Positions 38,928 through 47,897 of a stretch of 64,000 nt of DNA are shown here, piece after piece. Numbering within the stretch: position 1 is the stretch's first letter; the number at the start of each line of letters is the position of its first letter. The notes beneath the pieces were generated by a model. That model did no database searches. It had not been told where the DNA came from and was given only the letters and a program-made list of their open reading frames with translations. The stretch is from a virus: positions 96,001-160,000 of the IMG/VR virus record IMGVR_UViG_3300011113_000747; one strand, written 5' to 3'. The position numbers were made by a program, and so were the translations under genes.

Positions 38928-40556
38928 ATGTCAGATATCAGAATTTCAGAATTACCACCACTTAGCGTTTTAGCATCTGTAAATGATGCTGACGTGTACC
39001 CTGTTGTAAATAATAACGTTACACAAAAAATTCGTTTTGATACACTATACACCAAAATTAGTAGTGTTATTCTTACTGAAGTGGTGTTTAACTCTAAGTT
39101 CAATACACTTCAAACTATTGTAAGTGCTAATAGTGGTAATTGGAATAGTACATATACTACAGTTCAAGGTAATTCTTCAACATGGGGTGCCACAACAGTT
39201 AATATTTTAACTGCATTATCACTCTTTAGAGAAATTTCTAGTTCTTCATCTCCTAATACCTCAAATTGGCCAGCACATGGCCTTTCTGCATTTTCGTTAT
39301 CTGCATCGAATGTTGATTTTGTAATTAATCCAAAAGGTACAGGAGCTATTATTGCACAAATACCAACTGGTACATCAGCTGGTGGTGGTAAGCGTGGTGA
39401 ATACGCTGTTGATTTACAACGTATTCGTAACAATTCATTACAAGTTGCTTCTGGTAATTATAGTGTTATAGTGGGTGGTGAAAATAATAGAGTTACTAAT
39501 TTGTATTCATCAGTTGTAGGGGGTAATAGTAACGCAATTTACAATACATACTCACATATCGGTGGTGGGTCAGGTAATGAAATTTTCAATTCATATTCAG
39601 CTATTGGTGGGGGTTTTGATAATGAAACAACAAATGATTACACCACAATAGGTGGTGGGTATAGAAATCAAGCTGTAACAGATTTTGCTACAGTTGCTGG
39701 TGGTAGTTTAAATAAAGCCAGTGGTCAGTATTCTTTTGTTGGTGGTGGTCAATCACTTTCAGCTGCAGGTTCATTTAGTACAGCTGTAGGTGGTCATACC
39801 TTATCTGCTAGTGGTGATTATTCTGCTATAGTTGGTGGTTTACAAAATAAAGCAAATAGTGACTATTCGTTTATTGGAGGTGGGGTTAGTAATATTGCAA
39901 GTGGTGGTTATTCTTCTATATTAGGTGGTCAGTCTAATAATACAAACAATAAGGAGAACGCTCATATTATAGGCTCTAATATTACTGCACCTCTTTCAAA
40001 TTATACATACGTTAATAATATTTCCACAACAGGTAATGTTGCAAGTAACACAGCTGTAATTACAAGCTTAACATCCACTAATACCAATCTAACTAATTTA
40101 ACAGCAACTAATTCGATTGTAACAAGCTTAACAGCAACCAATACCAATCTAACTAATTTAACTGCTACAACCACAACAGCAACCACAATTTCTGCAGCAA
40201 CATATCAAGGTGCTCAGGCTATCAAAGCATGGGTAAATTTTGATGGTACTGGTAGTATTGGTAGTAACGCTACAATAAATGCATCTTACAATATAAATTT
40301 TGTAAGGAAAGTTAATGTTGGTCTTTATACTGTTGTATTTGCAAATTCCTCAATTTTTAATAATCAATATTATATTATGTCTGGATCTGGCTCCGGTAAT
40401 TTATTATTAACACCAGTGCTCAGTGCTGATAGTAGAACATCTACACCATCTTTAAAAACTTCACTTAGCTGTATGGTTGCTATTTTAACAGGATCTGCAG
40501 TAACTACAAATAGAGCAGACTCTAAAGAAGTAGGCTTAATGTTTATTGGTAGTTGA
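38928..40556 (+). CDS. tail fibre protein
   Basis: IRISEL N-terminal motif, GG-x-x-N repeats, Thr-rich 10-aa repeats, KAWVNFDG C-terminal module; TAAATA 5 nt upstream. Confidence 0.7.
   Translation: MSDIRISELPPLSVLASVNDADVYPVVNNNVTQKIRFDTLYTKISSVILTEVVFNSKFNTLQTIVSANSGNWNSTYTTVQGNSSTWGATTVNILTALSLFREISSSSSPNTSNWPAHGLSAFSLSASNVDFVINPKGTGAIIAQIPTGTSAGGGKRGEYAVDLQRIRNNSLQVASGNYSVIVGGENNRVTNLYSSVVGGNSNAIYNTYSHIGGGSGNEIFNSYSAIGGGFDNETTNDYTTIGGGYRNQAVTDFATVAGGSLNKASGQYSFVGGGQSLSAAGSFSTAVGGHTLSASGDYSAIVGGLQNKANSDYSFIGGGVSNIASGGYSSILGGQSNNTNNKENAHIIGSNITAPLSNYTYVNNISTTGNVASNTAVITSLTSTNTNLTNLTATNSIVTSLTATNTNLTNLTATTTTATTISAATYQGAQAIKAWVNFDGTGSIGSNATINASYNINFVRKVNVGLYTVVFANSSIFNNQYYIMSGSGSGNLLLTPVLSADSRTSTPSLKTSLSCMVAILTGSAVTTNRADSKEVGLMFIGS
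40062..40170 (+). repeat. 60-bp tandem repeat (TSLT.TNTNLTNLTAT)
   Basis: acaagcttaaca...ataccaatctaactaatttaac at 40062 and 40122. Confidence 0.9.
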
Positions 40557-40579
40557 TTTGCAAAATTTGTCATTACAAT
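40553..40579 (+). promoter_or_regulatory. sigma70-type promoter
   Basis: TTGATT-15-TACAAT, 6 nt before ATG 40586. Confidence 0.55.
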
Positions 40580-40585
40580 TAGATA

Positions 40586-41281
40586 ATGACTGTAAAATTT
40601 GACGAAAAAACCCATACATACCGCAATTCGGAGACCGGAGAGCGTTATACGTCTGCTACACAACTCATTTCAAGATTTAAGAAGCCTTTTGATTCTAACT
40701 TTCACGCTGAACGTGTTGCAAAAAGAGAAGGTGTTTCGAAAGAGCTAGTGCTCGAAATGTGGGAAGCAGAGAAAGAAAAAAGTATTGTAAGGGGTAAGAA
40801 CTATCATTCTCTCTTAGAGAATTACGTGAGATTTGGTGAGACTAAAGAAGACTATACTTGGTTATATAAAGCTTTCGAAAAGCAGAGAGAAACACTCGTA
40901 GGTAATTGCAAAGCAGTACATGCTGAAAAGCTTCTATGGAATCACGAATATAAGTTAGCAGGTACTTGCGACTTGCTTTATGAGCACGATTCAAGCTTTA
41001 CCGTTCTTGATTATAAGACAAACAAGCAAATTACAGCATTTTCCAAATATAATGAATATTTGTTAGAACCTGTTGATTTCCTTTCATATTGTGAATATAA
41101 TGTTTATGCACTTCAGCTATCCATTTATGCATACATGAATGAAATTTTAACAGGTAAAAAAACAAGGAACTTGCATATACTATATCTATATAACGACAAA
41201 TTTATTTCATTTAATGTACCATACATGAAGTGTGAGGTGCAAGCAATGTTAGAGTATAATAAAGAAAAAAACGATAAATAA
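40586..41281 (+). CDS. PD-(D/E)XK exonuclease (Cas4-like fold)
   Basis: E...AGTCDL...LDYKT...Y.LQLSIY. Confidence 0.8.
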   Translation: MTVKFDEKTHTYRNSETGERYTSATQLISRFKKPFDSNFHAERVAKREGVSKELVLEMWEAEKEKSIVRGKNYHSLLENYVRFGETKEDYTWLYKAFEKQRETLVGNCKAVHAEKLLWNHEYKLAGTCDLLYEHDSSFTVLDYKTNKQITAFSKYNEYLLEPVDFLSYCEYNVYALQLSIYAYMNEILTGKKTRNLHILYLYNDKFISFNVPYMKCEVQAMLEYNKEKNDK

Positions 41282-41290
41282 AAATAAAAG

Positions 41291-41698
41291 ATGAGTAGTA
41301 ATCAACTTGATAAGTTGCATGAGTTTGATTTTTGGTCTATGATTAAAAATCTTAAATGGGGTGATCAAACAACGCAGTGTGTCGCAGCAAAGCGTTATAT
41401 TATGAAAAATTTTCCACCTTATAAAGTGAGTGCATTCAGACGAATTGCTGATGCGCATGCAACCAAATTGGTGCATAATTATGAATCTGTGGTAAAATCT
41501 ATTTTTTCCTTTTCTGAGATTTATAATGGTGCAATGGAAATTGTTGGGTTTGGCAAGGTTGAGTTTGAGAGGTATATGAATGATCCAATTCTTCTTTCTG
41601 GTGTTATCGAATCGCTAGTTGAAAAAGATGAGGATAATAAGTTCGTTTATGCTCTACCTTTTGAAGATGATTATTTTGATGAAGAAACAATCGTATGA
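41291..41698 (+). CDS. hypothetical protein
   Basis: 135 aa ORF in operon with flanks. Confidence 0.6.
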   Translation: MSSNQLDKLHEFDFWSMIKNLKWGDQTTQCVAAKRYIMKNFPPYKVSAFRRIADAHATKLVHNYESVVKSIFSFSEIYNGAMEIVGFGKVEFERYMNDPILLSGVIESLVEKDEDNKFVYALPFEDDYFDEETIV

Positions 41699-42189
41699 TT
41701 CAAATTGAACTCAAACCGACTAGAAGAGCTAAGAAGCAATTTGATTTTGTTGATTTTGAGGTATTAGAGCAGTGTGCTAACATTTTAGTGAATAACTTTC
41801 ATAAAGTAGAAGCATCAAAAAAGCTAGCTCTTAAATTTGATATATCTACTTACCCATCAAAGGAAGAACCCTGGAATCACTATAAGTGGAAGCAAAATGT
41901 CATTTGCTTTCATTCGTATGATTCTTATAAACCTGAATATAGGTTTCGTAGATTCATGGATAGTTTTATTCATGAATTTAGACATTGGGCTCAAGATAAG
42001 CTGCTAAAAGTATCGTTCTTCAAAAACTATTCTGCTGATGGTAAAGAGTATTATAAATGCCCTATTGAGAAAGATACTAGAACATACACAAAACTTGTAC
42101 TTAATCCTACTCTAAAACTTTACAAAAATCTTTTAGAAGTTAAACATAAAACTAGCGAGTTCTCGAAATTGAATATAAAGTTCAATTAG
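41695..42189 (+). CDS. putative zinc metallopeptidase (HExxH)
   Basis: FIHEFRHWAQ...Y..CPIEKD. Confidence 0.5.
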   Translation: MIQIELKPTRRAKKQFDFVDFEVLEQCANILVNNFHKVEASKKLALKFDISTYPSKEEPWNHYKWKQNVICFHSYDSYKPEYRFRRFMDSFIHEFRHWAQDKLLKVSFFKNYSADGKEYYKCPIEKDTRTYTKLVLNPTLKLYKNLLEVKHKTSEFSKLNIKFN

Positions 42190-42193
42190 AGAC

Positions 42194-42199
42194 TAAATA
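42194..42199 (+). promoter_or_regulatory. late promoter TAAATA
   Basis: 5 nt before holin-like ATG. Confidence 0.7.
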
Positions 42200-42204
42200 G
42201 TTTT

Positions 42205-42405
42205 ATGGAACAGTTCATTTTTGATATCATTCAGCCATTTGCAAGCAACCCTTACTTCCACCTTGTTACTGCTGTTGTAACATTAGCATCAGCAATCTGC
42301 GCAGTAACACCAACACCAGCAGAAGGTACTTGGCAGAGTAAAGTTTATAAGGTAGTAGAGTTTCTTGCTATTAATATCGGCAAAGCAAAAGATAAAGGTA
42401 AGTAA
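42205..42405 (+). CDS. putative holin (single TM)
   Basis: 66 aa, hydrophobic helix then TPTP...KVYK.VE.LA..IGKAK basic tail; TAAATA 5 nt upstream. Confidence 0.5.
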   Translation: MEQFIFDIIQPFASNPYFHLVTAVVTLASAICAVTPTPAEGTWQSKVYKVVEFLAINIGKAKDKGK

Positions 42406-42689
42406 TGTCAATTACTAACCTATTTACTTCTGTGTTTAAAGCTTTAGCTCTTTATTTAGAGCTAAAGAACAGGTCATTCTATAATGATCTCGTCGAGAAA
42501 CACTATAAAAGAAAGAGGGAACTAATTAATGAAATTGAAGAACTCCGTAATATTCCCAATAGTCGCAACACTAATGCTGCTGACGTCTTGTTGCTCGTGC
42601 TTGAGCAAGAAAACAAGCGATTTGACGATCTATCAACCTTCTATAATAATTTTACAAAAAGAAGCGACGATTCAGACAAAAGAGGGTAA
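42405..42689 (+). CDS. putative inner-membrane spanin (Rz-like)
   Basis: N-terminal moderately hydrophobic segment, predicted coiled coil, overlapped by a lipoprotein ORF. Confidence 0.45.
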   Translation: MSITNLFTSVFKALALYLELKNRSFYNDLVEKHYKRKRELINEIEELRNIPNSRNTNAADVLLLVLEQENKRFDDLSTFYNNFTKRSDDSDKRG

Positions 42690-42768
42690 ATATACCCCAC
42701 AGTTTGATGAGGTGTGGCATTCTGATAAACGCTATAGAGAAATCGAGCGTAAGTTATTATACAAGTGA
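42529..42768 (+). CDS. putative outer-membrane spanin lipoprotein (Rz1-like)
   Basis: MKLKNSVIFPIVATLMLLTSC lipoprotein signal; starts inside previous gene in another frame. Confidence 0.55.
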   Translation: MKLKNSVIFPIVATLMLLTSCCSCLSKKTSDLTIYQPSIIILQKEATIQTKEGKYTPQFDEVWHSDKRYREIERKLLYK

Positions 42769-43155
42769 TTTAGCTAGTATATCAGCTCGTCTTTGAGGTG
42801 TTATAATTTGTTCAGCAACTAGTAAATCTAGTCCTTGTTGAACTCTTGGATCATCACTCCAAACCTCACCATTCCAAATAGTCAATTCTGCAAAGAAATA
42901 TTTAACCATGTCATTGGTTGATGCAGCAATTGCTATTTTTTCTTGCACTGTAAATTCATTCCAGAATTCTACTCTGCTGTTCCAAACTTTGCGTGCTGCA
43001 AGAATTTGAACTATTTCATCATATGCAATTTGCAGTTCTTGAAGAGTGGGTTTATCTCCCGGACCTCTCCAATCTAGTGTATTGTAGTCATTAGCAGTTA
43101 ATGCCCATTCTGCATTAGGATATTTTATTGAAAGTGTGAGAGGTATGTTAATCAT
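42757..43155 (-). CDS. fibre assembly chaperone-like protein
   Basis: YPNAEW...DY..LDW....KPTLQEL motif; ATGA-coupled downstream of a fibre gene. Confidence 0.5.
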   Translation of the reverse strand: MINIPLTLSIKYPNAEWALTANDYNTLDWRGPGDKPTLQELQIAYDEIVQILAARKVWNSRVEFWNEFTVQEKIAIAASTNDMVKYFFAELTIWNGEVWSDDPRVQQGLDLLVAEQIITPQRRADILAKSLV

Positions 43156-44210
43156 GGTCTTATTTCTGTAATTGTCATAGATGATCTTTGTGTTCCTCCA
43201 TAATAAGGGGTGTTTAAGTAGTCATTTAAGTAAACTGTTTGAGTTGTTCCCGCTGTTCTACCAAATCTAATTCTAAATGTTTGAGTAGATGTTGATCCGG
43301 CTGTTAAAAAATATCTTAAACGAACTTGTGCTGAATGACCAGTATTGATCAATTGTTGAGAAACAATTGCAGATATATTTGCATCACCATCTCTAACTAA
43401 ACATGCGTTTACACCCATTGCAGCACTAACATAAATGGCTAATTGAACTTCTATTAAAAGAGTGGAATTAGCATTGGTTGGTGTAATAGAAAGATCAAGT
43501 TGTGGATATGCAGTACCAACACCGCTTAATGGAATACTATCATTTAACGCAATAGTAATTGCAGATGATACTTGTGTTGCATCTTGAACACTAACTACTT
43601 GAGCTATTCTTGAAAATCCCCATGTACTTGTTCCAGAGTTAGCTTGAACAGTAGAATATACAGAAAGGTTATTGGCACTTTGAGTACTAAATTGCGTATA
43701 TGTATCTTGCCAATTACCTGTTAATGCTCTAACACCTGTATCAATTGTTCCACCTCCACCCCAAGATCCAGAACTAGTTTGAACTGTAGAATAAACATTG
43801 TTCCAATTTGCAGATGAGGTATTAACAGTTGAATATACAGCAGCATTAGCAGCACTTTGAGTATTAAAAGAGCTATAAACACTATCCCAATTCGCAGATT
43901 TACTGTTGGTGGTAGAGTACACTGAAGCATTGCTAGCACTTTGTGTATTAAATGAGCTATAAACACTATCCCAATTCGCAGATTTGCTGTTTGTTATTGT
44001 ATAAGCAGCGTTCCAGTTTGCAGAAGTAGTATTAACTGACGAATATACTGATGAATTATTACCAGATGTGGTATTGACATTAGAATATACACTATTCCAT
44101 TGATCGCTTGTACCACCGTTTGCATATACAATACCTGTGGTTGACAATCTGTCAACAAATGTTTTGTTGCTTAAGCTTTGTGTTGTTGATGTTGTTACAT
44201 GAATTGGCAT
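43152..44210 (-). CDS. fibre protein with 14-aa W/Y repeats
   Basis: Eight 14-residue units such as SANWDSVYSSFNTQ, then a beta-rich tip. Confidence 0.65.
   Translation of the reverse strand: MPIHVTTSTTQSLSNKTFVDRLSTTGIVYANGGTSDQWNSVYSNVNTTSGNNSSVYSSVNTTSANWNAAYTITNSKSANWDSVYSSFNTQSASNASVYSTTNSKSANWDSVYSSFNTQSAANAAVYSTVNTSSANWNNVYSTVQTSSGSWGGGGTIDTGVRALTGNWQDTYTQFSTQSANNLSVYSTVQANSGTSTWGFSRIAQVVSVQDATQVSSAITIALNDSIPLSGVGTAYPQLDLSITPTNANSTLLIEVQLAIYVSAAMGVNACLVRDGDANISAIVSQQLINTGHSAQVRLRYFLTAGSTSTQTFRIRFGRTAGTTQTVYLNDYLNTPYYGGTQRSSMTITEIRP
43861..43990 (-). repeat. 84-bp tandem repeat inside fibre gene
   Basis: gagctataaacactatcccaattcgcagattt at 43870 and 43954. Confidence 0.9.
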
Positions 44211-44211
44211 A

Positions 44212-46686
44212 TTATACTGATGTTGTTACGAGCTCTCCAGCATCTGTTACTGTTACTCTATATTTAAATCCTCCAGAAGACTTTAGAATAATACCTTTTG
44301 TTGAATCGGTAATTTCAATATCTTGATTTGTTGAAACAGCTCCTGTTAACGTTCCACCAGAAAGAGGTAGATATGCTGTTTGCAGTGTGGTATTGACCCA
44401 CAAAGATGACAATGCATTATATGTGAGAGTTTGCCCATCTGTTGGAGATATAATTCTTACATTATGCAACTCATCCAATTCATACCCGTTATCAATTTCA
44501 ACATATATTTTACCATTGTTGGTGGAGTTGAGAGAAAAACCAACTTTGACAACATGGTTAGGGGCTTGTGGTTTAACATCAGTAATACCACCTGATGCTG
44601 TTGGTGATAGGTAAAGAGTTGTACCTTCTGCAAATCCACTGGTATCAATGCCTTCAAGTTGACCAATGGCCATGATGTAGCCTTCTTGGTTAATTGCAGT
44701 TGCTTGCATTGTTATACCAATGGTATCTGCTGATCTATAATCATTGGTAGCAATGGCAGGCCACATTTTGCCTCTGTTGCCTTGAGCGCCAGATAAATAA
44801 ACTACTGTACCTTTAGGTATAATGGATCCAGTTTTGTTGACCCCAATAGTCCACAACATCTTGTTGATGGGGTAGTTTAATGTTGGATCACCATCCCAGA
44901 ACACCAATGTTCGTTGTTCTTGATCATAGTAAAGTCGGCCATCATGTGCTGGCACCCCCGTGAGTGGTGTAAAGTCAATGTAGTTAGTAGCCATCGTTGT
45001 GGATGACAACAGTCCACTGACGGTCACATTACCAGTAACAGTACCACCAGACAACGGCAAATAAGCACCACTTGTACCACCACCCGCTAAGGATGAAAGT
45101 GAAACTGTATTACCAAAAGGTGTAATTGTAAGAGCTGCACTACTTTCAGTAAAAGTGAGTGTTTGATAACCACCACCACCTCCTCCTGCAAAAATAGTAG
45201 CAAGGTCAACACCAGCAGAGAGAATCTGACCAGATGCTATGTTAAGGGTACCATTCATAGTACCTCCAGCTGCGAACTGTTGAGCTACTGATCCCCCACC
45301 ACCATAACCAGCTACATATTTTTTAAGATTAGCTGATTCATTTTCAATTCTTGTTTCTAACTGCTTCTTTAAGCTATTAAGATCTTCTTTCTTAATTGCA
45401 ACTAGATTGAAATCTTTGATTTTCTTTTCTACCGATTCAACAATATTACCACCCAATTCCGACAACTCATTTGCGGTATTTGAAATAATCTTTTCAATCT
45501 CATTTTTCTTATCATCTAAGATAGCAGAGTGAGATCTAGCTTCGGTAAGAATGCTATTTAACCCTTGATTGATTTGTTCCTGTAAACTTGTCTCAGCTCT
45601 TTCAATCGCACCATTGATATCATTAATTCTATTATCAAAAATAGATATTCTGTTTTCAACGAGTGTTGTAATATCATTAATCTTTTTATCAGCTGCTGAT
45701 TGAAGACTATTAATCTTCTTAGCTACTAATGTTTCTGCTCTTTTAAGATTTTCTGTTACTACTTGCTTTGACTCATTACAAATATTTTCTACATCAGCTA
45801 CGTTAGTTGTTTTTTGTTCCAGTAGCTGCTTTTTAGATTCATCAATGAATGTCTGTATTGATTGAAATGCGCTATTTACTTGTGTTTCCTGATTAACTAA
45901 TTCAGCTTGCAACTCTGCAATCTTTGTATTAATATCATACACAACACTCTCTTTGAGATCTTGCAATTGATTGGTCTTTTCATCTACATTTGTAGTAACT
46001 ATATTTGTATATAATTCAGCAGTTGCTTCAATACTTTCTCTAATAGAGTTAGCTTCCGCAACAGCTCTATCAGATATAATTTCTACTTGATTGACCTTTT
46101 CATCAAATTTAGTTAATATATCAGATTTGAGGCTATCGATATCAGTTACAGAAGAGCTCTTAAGCTCTGATAGACGTTTATCTATTAGATTCGTGAGGCT
46201 CTCAGAGAGCTGCTCGATTTTTTGCTTCTTATTGGAGAAGTTTTCATTGATAACTCTAATAGCATCAGCTTTATACTTTTCAATATTTACTGCTGCATTT
46301 TCAGAAACAATGTATGTTTCTTCTATAATAGGTTCTGGATCAGGTAAGCTTTCTTCTTCAGCAACTGATTCTAGAATCTCTTTTTCTTTAGCAAATACCT
46401 TTTTACCACCATCAAGTGATTTAATGTTGAGTATAACATTATCATCCCCCTCTTTTAAAACATATAGTGAGTTATAAAGCTTACCATCATATTCAGTAGC
46501 AATTTTTAAAACAGGATCACCATTTAAACTATCTACCTTTTCAGCAATGATTTTATTACCACCGCAATTAATTTCAAATATATCAAAGAATACTTCTTTG
46601 AACTCTTTGCAAATAATATAATTCAACCCCTTATCTGCGGGTATGAATGCAAAGTCTATATCTAAAATTTTAAGTGTATCACTCAC
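44212..46686 (-). CDS. long coiled-coil fibre/whisker-like protein
   Basis: About 330 aa heptad-rich stalk, Gly hinges, AYLPLSGGT twice, beta tip (KGTVVYLSG...LYLSPT...ELDELHNV); GTG start 5 nt after TAAATA. Confidence 0.55.
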   Translation of the reverse strand: MSDTLKILDIDFAFIPADKGLNYIICKEFKEVFFDIFEINCGGNKIIAEKVDSLNGDPVLKIATEYDGKLYNSLYVLKEGDDNVILNIKSLDGGKKVFAKEKEILESVAEEESLPDPEPIIEETYIVSENAAVNIEKYKADAIRVINENFSNKKQKIEQLSESLTNLIDKRLSELKSSSVTDIDSLKSDILTKFDEKVNQVEIISDRAVAEANSIRESIEATAELYTNIVTTNVDEKTNQLQDLKESVVYDINTKIAELQAELVNQETQVNSAFQSIQTFIDESKKQLLEQKTTNVADVENICNESKQVVTENLKRAETLVAKKINSLQSAADKKINDITTLVENRISIFDNRINDINGAIERAETSLQEQINQGLNSILTEARSHSAILDDKKNEIEKIISNTANELSELGGNIVESVEKKIKDFNLVAIKKEDLNSLKKQLETRIENESANLKKYVAGYGGGGSVAQQFAAGGTMNGTLNIASGQILSAGVDLATIFAGGGGGGYQTLTFTESSAALTITPFGNTVSLSSLAGGGTSGAYLPLSGGTVTGNVTVSGLLSSTTMATNYIDFTPLTGVPAHDGRLYYDQEQRTLVFWDGDPTLNYPINKMLWTIGVNKTGSIIPKGTVVYLSGAQGNRGKMWPAIATNDYRSADTIGITMQATAINQEGYIMAIGQLEGIDTSGFAEGTTLYLSPTASGGITDVKPQAPNHVVKVGFSLNSTNNGKIYVEIDNGYELDELHNVRIISPTDGQTLTYNALSSLWVNTTLQTAYLPLSGGTLTGAVSTNQDIEITDSTKGIILKSSGGFKYRVTVTDAGELVTTSV

Positions 46687-46691
46687 TAACT

Positions 46692-46697
46692 TATTTA
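46692..46697 (-). promoter_or_regulatory. late promoter TAAATA
   Basis: 5 nt before GTG 46686. Confidence 0.7.
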
Positions 46698-46714
46698 TTT
46701 TTCACACGCTGGTA

Positions 46715-47032
46715 TCAACCATATGAAACTGTTGAGTGAGAGTAATACTGAGCTCTACAATATACAAGACCAGATGTTGGTGATGCTGCAAACTTTGCAC
46801 TTAAAAGATCACTTGATGTGATACCTCTTACAGGTACTGTATCACCACTATTGATCGCAAAAGCACGTGCATCGGTTGTATTACCGTTATCGTAAATTAA
46901 AAGAAGCTGACCACTACCAGTTGGGTTAGTAATTAGCACTTCAGAACATGTAAAAGCAGAGAGCTTTGTAAGCCCAGTATGGTTAGCTGTAATAGAAAAT
47001 GACGAACACTGATTAAGATTCTGAAAGGCCAT
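46715..47032 (-). CDS. small late virion-type protein
   Basis: 105 aa beta-rich; TAAATA 6 nt upstream. Confidence 0.5.
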   Translation of the reverse strand: MAFQNLNQCSSFSITANHTGLTKLSAFTCSEVLITNPTGSGQLLLIYDNGNTTDARAFAINSGDTVPVRGITSSDLLSAKFAASPTSGLVYCRAQYYSHSTVSYG

Positions 47033-47037
47033 ATAAT

Positions 47038-47649
47038 TTATTTAGTCTCTAAAACTGTATTTATCGCATCCCAGTTTATACACTTGAAGAAGTTTTTGAC
47101 ATATTTCTTTTTGTCAGATTGATAATCTAGATAGAAAGAATGTTCCCACATATCCAATCCTAAAACTGGATCACCCATAGAGCGATGCATTAAAGGGTTA
47201 TCTTGGTTAGGAGTTGTATGAAGTTCACCCTTTGTAGTAAGCCAACACCAACCAGAACCCATAATTGATAAAGCTTTTTCTTCAAATTCGTCTTTAAAAT
47301 TCTCATAAGACTTAAATTTTGATTCTATTAACTCTTTTACGGAACCATTTAGCGAGGTATTTTTCTTTAGGATTCGGAACCATATAGAATGATTTAATGC
47401 TCCCCCTACATTGAATCTAACAATATCATCATATTTTTTAATATTTTCAGCCATTTCAACTAATGGTTTTGGACGTTTAATTAATTCATTGCATTTTTTA
47501 ATGTATCCTTTATAGTGTTTATTATAGTGCTCATCCATAGTCTCTTTAGATGTAAAAGGCTGCAGAGAGCTAAACGAATAATCTACTTTGACTGGCTTAT
47601 AATAACCAACCCCCTCTATTAATAAACTAACTCTTTCGTTGAAATCCAC
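47038..47649 (-). CDS. sod: Fe/Mn superoxide dismutase (Mn-type signature) with N-terminal extension
   Basis: Ligands H (EHYNKH), H (GGALNH), D and H (DMWEH); GSGWCWL, NQD. Confidence 0.93.
   Translation of the reverse strand: MDFNERVSLLIEGVGYYKPVKVDYSFSSLQPFTSKETMDEHYNKHYKGYIKKCNELIKRPKPLVEMAENIKKYDDIVRFNVGGALNHSIWFRILKKNTSLNGSVKELIESKFKSYENFKDEFEEKALSIMGSGWCWLTTKGELHTTPNQDNPLMHRSMGDPVLGLDMWEHSFYLDYQSDKKKYVKNFFKCINWDAINTVLETK
47039..47044 (-). promoter_or_regulatory. late promoter TAAATA
   Basis: 6 nt before ATG 47032. Confidence 0.7.
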
Positions 47650-47655
47650 AAAAAA

Positions 47656-47661
47656 TATTTA
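47656..47661 (-). promoter_or_regulatory. late promoter TAAATA
   Basis: 6 nt before SOD GTG 47649. Confidence 0.7.
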
Positions 47662-47681
47662 TTCTTAAAATATATATTTGT

Positions 47682-47897
47682 ATGGATAACGCCAAATTTA
47701 AAAAATTCTTAGAAAAAGAACTTGAAAAGATTGCAGATATTGTTGATGAAATCTACGATAAATTAGAAGAAGTAGATGATATGGACATATTTGATTCAGC
47801 AGATGTGTGGTTAAGTGGAATAAAACAATTAATTAGTTATGATGATGGTGATTTAGAAGTTGATTCTACAGCAGCTGATACCATAGATATACTATAA
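47682..47897 (+). CDS. small acidic hypothetical protein
   Basis: 71 aa; TAATG overlap with rmlA. Confidence 0.6.
   Translation: MDNAKFKKFLEKELEKIADIVDEIYDKLEEVDDMDIFDSADVWLSGIKQLISYDDGDLEVDSTAADTIDIL

Noticed and set aside
40586-41281. Bona fide Cas4 with Fe-S cluster
   Set aside because: The four-Cys arrangement typical of Cas4 is not evident; called a generic PD-(D/E)XK nuclease
6169-46686. Diversity-generating retroelement acting on fibre tips
   Set aside because: No reverse transcriptase, and no template/variable repeat pair of about 100+ bp differing only at adenines; the shared blocks are short
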